From assembly GCA_026708185.1 (NCBI GenBank), contig JAPOVK010000003.1, positions 10,799 through 74,798 on the forward strand: a stretch of 64,000 nt of DNA. The letters run 5' to 3'. Of the stretch, positions 57,776 through 64,000 are shown piece after piece; within the stretch, counting starts at the first letter, position 1, and every line of letters starts with the position of its first letter. The DNA is from Gammaproteobacteria bacterium. Lineage in GTDB: Bacteria; Pseudomonadota; Gammaproteobacteria; Pseudomonadales; Azotimanducaceae. The notes under the pieces were generated by a model that was not told the origin of the DNA, did not search any database, and saw only the letters and a program-made list of their open reading frames with translations. The translations under genes were made by a program, and so were the position numbers.

Positions 57776-59755
57776 ATGGGCCGGGCGACCCGGACATCCG
57801 TCATCGGCCTGGCGCTTTACGCGCTCCTCGTTGGGTCGACGGCGACTGCCGCTCAAGAATCCGACCTCTCCGCTTTCCTGTCGCCGAGTTTCGACAACCC
57901 CAGGCTGTCGCCGGACGGCAAGCACGTGGCCGTCCGCCGGGTGGCGCAGGACCGGCCCTTCGTCGAGATCTACAACGTGGCCACCAGCGAATCCCTCGGC
58001 ACCTTCATCATGGAAGAAGGCATCGGGATCGGCGACCACCTGTGGGGGGACAACCGCAGGCTGCTGATCCAAGTACGTCGCGGCGACGAGTTCTGGACGA
58101 GCGGCCCCGCGCGCGGCAACTGGCTGCGCTACGACATCGAGACGGGGAAGAACCACCGGCTCTTCCAGAACACCCCGCGGCGACCGTTGTCTGCCCCTCG
58201 CCTGCTCTGGAGGACGCGCTTCTATGCGTTTTCCGACCACTTCGTCGGCCACGCGTTCGACGACGACCCCAACGACGTGCTGGTGATCTTCCCGGACACC
58301 CGGGACTCCTGGGTCAGTCGGTACGACACCCGGCGGGACCGGTACGACAGACTCGCCGACGTCCCCTCCGAGATCTTCGACGTCTACGCCGACCAACAAG
58401 GCCGCGTACTCGCCACCTGGGGTCAACCACCGTCGGCGTCCCGGACCTACAAGGACCAAGTGCAGTTGCTGTACCGCCGCGGCGCCAACGACGAGTTCAA
58501 GACCGCCTTGGCAGGTCACATCGACGAGTTCGACGTGGACCTCGTGGCGACCGGTCCGCGCAAGGACAGCGTCTACATCCTTGAAAACGCCACAGGCCCC
58601 TACTTGGGCTTGAGTGTCCTCGATCTCACCGACGGCTCCATCGAGGCGGTGTTCCGACCGGGACGAACTGATGTCATTCGGACCTACCTCGACGGGAAGC
58701 GGCAACTCTACGCGGTGCGTTACGACGACCACTTCCCGCAGTTCCACTACCCCGACCCGAACCATCCCGCCGCCGCCTTGCACCGTTTCGCGATGGCCGG
58801 CTTCCGGAACATGGACGTGGAGGTCGCGAGCCTCGCCCGCGATGCCCCGCAAGCGATCCTCGACGTGCGCGGCGACAGCGAGCCCGGGATGTACTACCTA
58901 GCCGAACTCGGCGGCAACGAGGTCAAGGGCCTGTTCCGCCGCGCACCCGGTGCCGCGAATCTCGGAGCCCGCCATCCGATCGAGTTCCCTGCGGCCGACG
59001 GTACCCGGCTAACGGGCTACGTCACGCTGCCGAGCGGCCATACCGAGGGCAACCGGGCCCCCTTTGTCGTGCTACCGGCCGACGACATGTTCCCGCTGCC
59101 CACGACCTGGGGCTACCACGACCAGTCGCAACTGTTCGCCAGCCGCGGGTTCGGCGTGCTGGAAGTCAATACGCGCGGCGCCTTGGGCTTCGGCCGCGAA
59201 CGCCACAGCGCTGGCGTCGGCCATGTCGCCACTCGTGGCCCCGCCGACCTCGGCGCCGGTGTCGAGACCGTGGTCGCCAAAGGCACCGCCGACCCCGACC
59301 GAATCTGCATCGTCGGCCGCCACTTCGGCGCCTACACCGCGCTCCTTGCTTCGATGCGCCGCCCCGCGCAGTACCGTTGCGCGGTGACCATCAGCGGCAC
59401 CTACGATGTCGCCGCGATCCGTAAATTCCTGCCCGCAGGCGGTGCCCGCGAACGCTTCGCCGGCCAAGTCGCCAGCGCTGGCGCGGACGATGCCGCGTTC
59501 CGGGAAATCTCGCCGCGCTACCTCGCCGCGCGCATCGATACGCCGCTGCTCATCGTCGAAGCGGTCCAGCTTGGGAGGACCATGCCCACCCAGGCCCGCG
59601 AGATGATCCGTGCCCTGAAGAACGCCGACATTCCCCACGAGGTGCACGAGGTGTCCACCACGCGCACCAACCGGCTGCTGACCCACGCTTCTAGACGCGA
59701 AGCGTATGCGCGGATCGTGAGCTTTCTTGAAGAGCACCTGGGCCCGCAACCCTAA
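57776..59755 (+). CDS. Secreted S9 (prolyl oligopeptidase/DPP)-like protein lacking the nucleophile serine
   Basis: Signal MGRATRTSVIGLALYALLVGSTATAA. FDNPRLSPDGKHVAV propeller start. NTRGALGFGRE...DPDRICIVGRHFGAYTALLAS has His where the GxSxGG Ser is expected. Start taken at internal Met 57776. Confidence 0.72.
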   Translation: MGRATRTSVIGLALYALLVGSTATAAQESDLSAFLSPSFDNPRLSPDGKHVAVRRVAQDRPFVEIYNVATSESLGTFIMEEGIGIGDHLWGDNRRLLIQVRRGDEFWTSGPARGNWLRYDIETGKNHRLFQNTPRRPLSAPRLLWRTRFYAFSDHFVGHAFDDDPNDVLVIFPDTRDSWVSRYDTRRDRYDRLADVPSEIFDVYADQQGRVLATWGQPPSASRTYKDQVQLLYRRGANDEFKTALAGHIDEFDVDLVATGPRKDSVYILENATGPYLGLSVLDLTDGSIEAVFRPGRTDVIRTYLDGKRQLYAVRYDDHFPQFHYPDPNHPAAALHRFAMAGFRNMDVEVASLARDAPQAILDVRGDSEPGMYYLAELGGNEVKGLFRRAPGAANLGARHPIEFPAADGTRLTGYVTLPSGHTEGNRAPFVVLPADDMFPLPTTWGYHDQSQLFASRGFGVLEVNTRGALGFGRERHSAGVGHVATRGPADLGAGVETVVAKGTADPDRICIVGRHFGAYTALLASMRRPAQYRCAVTISGTYDVAAIRKFLPAGGARERFAGQVASAGADDAAFREISPRYLAARIDTPLLIVEAVQLGRTMPTQAREMIRALKNADIPHEVHEVSTTRTNRLLTHASRREAYARIVSFLEEHLGPQP

Positions 59756-59765
59756 GGGGGGCAAC

Positions 59766-60413
59766 TCAGTTCTCGTCGACCTGTCTGTGCTCACATACGT
59801 ACGCGAACGTCGCCTCGGCAATACGCGCACAGGCCGACTTCACCGCAGCCCAGTCGTGCCACTCCGGTGCGAGGTGCCGGTACTCCGAAAGCTCGGTGCT
59901 GTCGAGATCGTAGGGCAGCGGAGTCGCCAACTGGGCCTGTAGCTGTTGCAGGGCCGATTCGCCGCTCTCCTGCGGGTAGAACTCGTCAAAGGGCACCAGC
60001 GCCTGTCCGGTCGCCTCTTCGCCAAGGAGGTGGGCCAGCGCGACAAAGTCCAGATAGTCCCGAGTTGCGTTGCGGCGGAGTATCAACACGGCCTTGATGC
60101 GCAGGATCTCGGCCTTGGTCGGAATGGTCAGCGGCACGCCTCGATGGTCAAGCGTCGTCGTCTCGAGCGGCCGGTCGCGGATCAGTTGCCGGACCCCGGT
60201 TTCGATGCCGTCCAGGCTGCCGAGGATAAGCACCGGTTTGCGCACTCGGGCCGTTCGCCAGCCTGCCACGTCCTCGAGCTGCTGAAGCACCGCTTCGAAC
60301 CGGTCGCGGAGATCCGTCAGGACGTGATCCGCGTCGCGCGAGAGGCGATGCTCGGCATGTATTGCCGCAGCCGTCCCGCCGAGGCGCACCGCGTCGGGCA
60401 GAACCCGCTGCAA
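59766..60413 (-). CDS. AbiEii/AbiGii-like nucleotidyltransferase toxin family protein (type IV TA)
   Basis: The N-terminal VRLGGTAAAIHAEHRLSRDADHVL resembles the GGTAL...R.S.DLD nucleotidyltransferase motif of PF08843 proteins. At 215 aa it is short for the family. Confidence 0.5.
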   Translation of the reverse strand: MQRVLPDAVRLGGTAAAIHAEHRLSRDADHVLTDLRDRFEAVLQQLEDVAGWRTARVRKPVLILGSLDGIETGVRQLIRDRPLETTTLDHRGVPLTIPTKAEILRIKAVLILRRNATRDYLDFVALAHLLGEEATGQALVPFDEFYPQESGESALQQLQAQLATPLPYDLDSTELSEYRHLAPEWHDWAAVKSACARIAEATFAYVCEHRQVDEN

Positions 60414-60443
60414 CCTATCTGCGGCCGAGAGGACCCCTCCCAG

Positions 60444-60671
60444 TCAGGCAGCGGCTCGGCGGAAGCGGACATGGTTCATCCAGAAGTGGTGCCGCTGGGC
60501 ATACGGGTCGTGGACGTGTCGCGCGCAGACGCGCTCGATCCGGTCCAAGAGGCTCGGATCGTCCATCGCAGCGCGACGCAAATCCGCCCAATCCTGCCAC
60601 CGCCCGCGCGAGATGACGTCGTCGACCGCTGCGGCGGTGTAGTCCTGGTGGTTGAGGTGGCGGTGTTCCAC
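60444..60671 (-). CDS. Small ORF upstream of the AbiEii-like gene (candidate cognate antitoxin or remnant)
   Basis: Only the C-terminal ~75 codons of track ORF 60444..61127 lie clear of the upstream gene: VEHRHLNHQDYTAAAVDDVISRGRWQDWADLRRAAMDDPSLLDRIERVCARHVHDPYAQRHHFW.... The GTG start 60671 is a guess. It ends 30 nt before the toxin start. Confidence 0.25.
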   Translation of the reverse strand: MEHRHLNHQDYTAAAVDDVISRGRWQDWADLRRAAMDDPSLLDRIERVCARHVHDPYAQRHHFWMNHVRFRRAAA

Positions 60672-60727
60672 GGCAATCCGTCGGTACGGTTGGCGGACCC
60701 TGTCGATTGTACGCCCACGGTCGGGTC

Positions 60728-61786
60728 TCAACCCATGCGCAACGCCGTGGAGGACACGTCGTTGCGGAACTCGACCGCGCCGACACCTTCGCACAGCGCG
60801 GCCAGTGCGGGCGGCAGGCTCAAGTCGGCGAGCGTCTTGAAGGTGCCATCGTCGTCCACCCGACCATAGACCAGGAATGCGCAGCCAGCGTCCTTGAGCT
60901 CGGCCAAGGCCGCATCCCGATGGGCGCTGCCACCGTAGTAGCGCGGCGCCGCAATCCGGGTGATCGTATCCGCACCGACCACGAACGTGACGGCGCCGCC
61001 GAGCGCACGCGCCTTCTCGACGAAGGTCGGCGCGTTGGTGACGGCAACCTCGTCGGGCTGGAACTGCGCGAGCCTTGGGTTGATGTCCAGGTAGTCCAGG
61101 GGCGGCTTGTCGACGTTGGCGACGCACAACTCGTAGGCCACGGGGCGGCCAAGGCGCTCGGTCGCGTGGGCACGCATCGCACGGTGGCCGTCGTGGAGCG
61201 GATTGAAGGCGCCCGGCAGCACGGCATCGAAACGACGTCCGGCGACGACCCGCCGCTCGCCCCGCAGGAGTTCGGCGAGCCCGCTATCGCCGAGCGCTTC
61301 CTCGCACGGCAGGTCGGGTGCCGGCGAGATGCCGAGCGCAAAGGCCAACGCTGCCAAGGCATAGCCTGCCACCAGGTCCTCCTCCTCGGCGCGGGAACGC
61401 GTGCCCTTTTCGAGCGCCAACGTCCAAACGCGTGTCGCCGCCGCATCCTGATGTGCAAGATACGCCCGGTGATCCCCACGTTTCGGCCGATTCGTTGCCA
61501 GCGACGCCGTGATCGCGAAGCCGAACTCGCCGCCAAGGGTCCGCGCCCGGGAAAACGCCTGCATCGCGAGCCGCCGGGCGGTGACGGCGCTGCACCACTG
61601 CTCGGGCGCGGCACCCAGGTAGTCGGTCAGCGCCTCGCTCGCGTACGGCACGCTGGCCTCGAGCACGGTGGCCGACGCGCCGGGGACGGACAACAGCCGC
61701 GACAGCAGCCCGGAGCCGCCGCCGGTGACCACGAAGACGCCTTGGCGCGCTACCTCGTGGATCGCGACGACGGTTGAGTCGGTCAT
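60728..61786 (-). CDS. Fusion of a CinA/PncC-like domain with a cytidylyltransferase-like (NadD/NMNAT-like) domain
   Basis: The N-terminal VFVVTGGGSGLLSRLLSVPGASATVLEASVPYASEALTDYLG is CinA C-terminal-like. The C-terminal half has LPGAFNPLHDGHRAM, an H-x-G-H nucleotidyltransferase signature. Confidence 0.5.
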   Translation of the reverse strand: MTDSTVVAIHEVARQGVFVVTGGGSGLLSRLLSVPGASATVLEASVPYASEALTDYLGAAPEQWCSAVTARRLAMQAFSRARTLGGEFGFAITASLATNRPKRGDHRAYLAHQDAAATRVWTLALEKGTRSRAEEEDLVAGYALAALAFALGISPAPDLPCEEALGDSGLAELLRGERRVVAGRRFDAVLPGAFNPLHDGHRAMRAHATERLGRPVAYELCVANVDKPPLDYLDINPRLAQFQPDEVAVTNAPTFVEKARALGGAVTFVVGADTITRIAAPRYYGGSAHRDAALAELKDAGCAFLVYGRVDDDGTFKTLADLSLPPALAALCEGVGAVEFRNDVSSTALRMG

Positions 61787-62664
61787 TCGCTCAAGAAATC
61801 GGTCAGGATGTCGAGGAATCGATCAAGCTGGTCGTGGTGCACCCAGTGGCCGGCGTCCTCTATGCCGACCGACCGGGCGTCCTGGAAGATGTCCACGCGG
61901 CCGTCCTGCTCCGGATCCGAGGCCCAGGACTCCGCGCCGTGCACGAGCAGCGTCGGGCAGGTGATGCGCCGGTAGAGGCCGTAGGTCTGGCGCGCCGACA
62001 GGCCGATCGGCGACCAGGCGCGCATGTAGTTGTCGAACTTCCAACTGAAGGTCCCGTCCTCGTTCTGGTTGCTGCCGTGGATCGTCAGGTGCCGCGCTTG
62101 CGCTTCGGTGAGGTGCGGATTGGCCTGCTGCATGCGCTGGAATGCGTCTTCCAACGTGGGGTAGCGCTTGGGGATGCGACCGGAAAGCTCGCGCAGGTTG
62201 CGGACCCAGTCCACCAGCCGTTCGTGGCCCGGCGTCGAGTCGTCGGATCCTGTGGCCGACATGCCCATGCCTTCGATGGACACGAGCTTAACCACCGTGT
62301 CGGGATACAGCCCCGCATAGGCCAGGGAGACAGAACCGCCCATGGAGTGGCCGACCAGCACGATGTCACGAAGGCCGGTCTGGCGGACCAGTTGGGCGAT
62401 GTCGTAGACGTAGTCGATCGTCGTGTACGCGCCGCCGACCAGCCACTGCGAGTCACCGTGGCCGCGCAGGTCCGGGGCGATCACGTGGTAGTCCGACTTG
62501 AGCGCCTGGGCAACCCAGTCCCAGTTCCGGCAATGGTCTCGGCCGCCGTGGACGAGCAGCATGGCCGCGGCACCTTCGTTGCCCCAGTCCACGTAGTGCA
62601 GCCGCAGCCGCTGCGAGAAGTAGATGTGCGACGTCGGGCCGCCCTTGAGCATCGAATCCGTCAT
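61783..62664 (-). CDS. Alpha/beta-fold hydrolase
   Basis: LLVHGGRDHCRNW, APDLRGHGDS, VGHSMGGS (nucleophile elbow) and a C-terminal DAGHWVHHD. Start at ATG 62664. Confidence 0.85.
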   Translation of the reverse strand: MTDSMLKGGPTSHIYFSQRLRLHYVDWGNEGAAAMLLVHGGRDHCRNWDWVAQALKSDYHVIAPDLRGHGDSQWLVGGAYTTIDYVYDIAQLVRQTGLRDIVLVGHSMGGSVSLAYAGLYPDTVVKLVSIEGMGMSATGSDDSTPGHERLVDWVRNLRELSGRIPKRYPTLEDAFQRMQQANPHLTEAQARHLTIHGSNQNEDGTFSWKFDNYMRAWSPIGLSARQTYGLYRRITCPTLLVHGAESWASDPEQDGRVDIFQDARSVGIEDAGHWVHHDQLDRFLDILTDFLSE

Positions 62665-62672
62665 CGGCGCAC

Positions 62673-63917
62673 TCAGGTCAAACGCTCGGTGCCAGTGACC
62701 GCAAGGCGCACGAGTTCTTCGTACTCGGCGTCGCCGATGCCGAGCTCCTCGGCGAACACCTCGCGGCTGTGCTCGCCGAACCGCGGCGAGTAGGCGACGT
62801 CGATGTCCGGCGTGTGAGCCATCAGCCAGGGCAGCACCGGGAGCAAGTGGGTCCCCGATTCCGGATGCGACACCGGCACGAGGAAACCGCGGGCGTCGAA
62901 CTGGGCATTGGACTCGGCATAGATCGGCTTGAACGGCTCGCACTTCGCAGCGCAGATGCCGAGGGCGCCCAGCGTCTCTGCCTCGGCCGCGGTATCGCGT
63001 CCGGCGAACCACGCGCCGAGGATGTCGTCGAGGGCGTCTTCGTTCCGCTTGCGCGCGGCGTTCGTGGCGAAACGCTCGTCACCAGCGAGGTCGGGACGAC
63101 CGATGTGTCGCGCAAGGCTCGCGAATGCGGCGTCCGACTCCGCCGCCATGGCGATCCACTCGTCGTCGCCGGCACAGGCGTAGACGCCGTGCGGCGCGAA
63201 ACGCGGGTGGCGATTGCCGCCGGGGCCGCGCACCACCCCGTTGGCGTCGTATTCCAGCACCGCGTCGCCAACCTGCACCGCGACGGCTTCGATCATGCCC
63301 GCGTCGATGCGCTGGCCAACGCCGGTGTGCTTGCGGTGATTGAGCGCCGCGATGATCGATGCGGCCAGGTAGTAGCCGGAGATCGGATCGGGGATCAACC
63401 CGCCCGTGTTCATGGGCTCGCCGCCCGCGTAGCCGTGGATCGACGCCAACCCGGCCATGGGCTCCGTGGTCGCGCCGTTGGCCGGGTACTCGGCCAGCGG
63501 CCCTTGCCGCCCGTAGCCGGAAACCGAGGCGAAGATCATGCCCGGATTGTGCTCGTGCAGCGTCTCCAGGGTGACGCCCCAGTTGGTCATCACGTGGGGG
63601 CTGAAATTGTCCACCAGCACGTCGAAGCGCGGAATCAGCCGCCAGAAGATGTCCTTGCCGCGCGGGTGCGTGACGTCGAGATTGATCGCCCGCTTGTTCA
63701 GGTTCACCGTGTTGTACATGCCGTTGGTGTTGATGCCGGCCTGTTCAATGTCCGGATTGCGCACCGCCGGCGGCACGGGCGCCCCCGCGCCGCGCCAGAC
63801 ATCGGGCCGTTTCACGGTCTCGATCTGGACGACGTCCGCGCCGAGGAGGGCCAGCAGCTCCGTGCAGAACGTGCCGGCCCAGGCCTGCGTGAAGCAAAGC
63901 ACGCGGATGCCGGACAA
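62673..63917 (-). CDS. Family III CoA-transferase (CaiB/BaiF)
   Basis: MSGIRVLCFTQAWAGTFCTELLALLGADVVQIE... is a typical N-terminus. 414 aa. Confidence 0.87.
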   Translation of the reverse strand: MSGIRVLCFTQAWAGTFCTELLALLGADVVQIETVKRPDVWRGAGAPVPPAVRNPDIEQAGINTNGMYNTVNLNKRAINLDVTHPRGKDIFWRLIPRFDVLVDNFSPHVMTNWGVTLETLHEHNPGMIFASVSGYGRQGPLAEYPANGATTEPMAGLASIHGYAGGEPMNTGGLIPDPISGYYLAASIIAALNHRKHTGVGQRIDAGMIEAVAVQVGDAVLEYDANGVVRGPGGNRHPRFAPHGVYACAGDDEWIAMAAESDAAFASLARHIGRPDLAGDERFATNAARKRNEDALDDILGAWFAGRDTAAEAETLGALGICAAKCEPFKPIYAESNAQFDARGFLVPVSHPESGTHLLPVLPWLMAHTPDIDVAYSPRFGEHSREVFAEELGIGDAEYEELVRLAVTGTERLT

Positions 63918-64000
63918 CGGCTGGCCGCTCCCCGGAGAACCGCCGCGCGGTTCGGCCGCCTGAAGGTCGTCCGTGGCCCGTTCCCCGAGGACGGGGGCTG

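Overview
This is a high-GC bacterial chromosome segment; a hand-counted core sample is about 70-76% G+C. Gene content looks gammaproteobacterial and marine or environmental, but I cannot assign a taxon without a search. All family calls come from motifs I recognised in the supplied translations. No database search was possible.

I call 61 protein-coding genes plus two frameshifted pseudogenes. I found no rRNA, tRNA, CRISPR array, transposase or integrase.

Layout:
- 1-5725: the minus-strand atpA-H-F-E-B-I, parB, parA block, normally adjacent to rsmG-mnmG.
- 5.7-17.8 kb: about 12 kb of accessory metabolic genes separating that block from rsmG-mnmG. It holds a P450 with its TetR regulator, a YihY-family protein, a serine hydrolase, a PhyH dioxygenase, metY, hydrolases and a questin-oxidase-like gene.
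- 17.8-20.3 kb: rsmG-mnmG.
- 20.4-25.7 kb: an ECF-sigma operon encoding a VIT+vWA lipoprotein and a cohesin-like/dockerin-like gene pair.
- About 26.7-27.8 kb: a roughly 1-kb low-GC GNAT islet.
- 27.8-33.2 kb: oxidoreductase, ada, aldolase and Nudix genes.
- 33.4-35.8 kb: a BlaI / BlaR1(TonB_C) / TonB module.
- 37.0-43.4 kb: a decaying tandem array of five secreted TPR-like paralogs, with a stand-alone RelA/SpoT-domain gene nested inside it.
- 43.6-51.7 kb: a serine-less S9-like protein, then aceE, an SDR and a quinohaemoprotein alcohol dehydrogenase.
- 51.8-57.3 kb: a six-gene lower-GC operon, followed at 57.8-59.8 kb by a second serine-less S9-like protein.
- 59.8-63.9 kb: an AbiEii-like toxin locus, a CinA/nucleotidyltransferase fusion, a hydrolase and a CoA-transferase.

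My best candidate for an undescribed system is the 51.8-57.3 kb operon. It combines a polytopic membrane protein, two membrane-anchored thioredoxin-fold paralogs, a MauE/DoxX-like protein, a Tat-signal 13-cysteine small protein and an 866-aa CarboxypepD_reg-repeat protein. The second candidate is the paralog array with its embedded RelA/SpoT gene.
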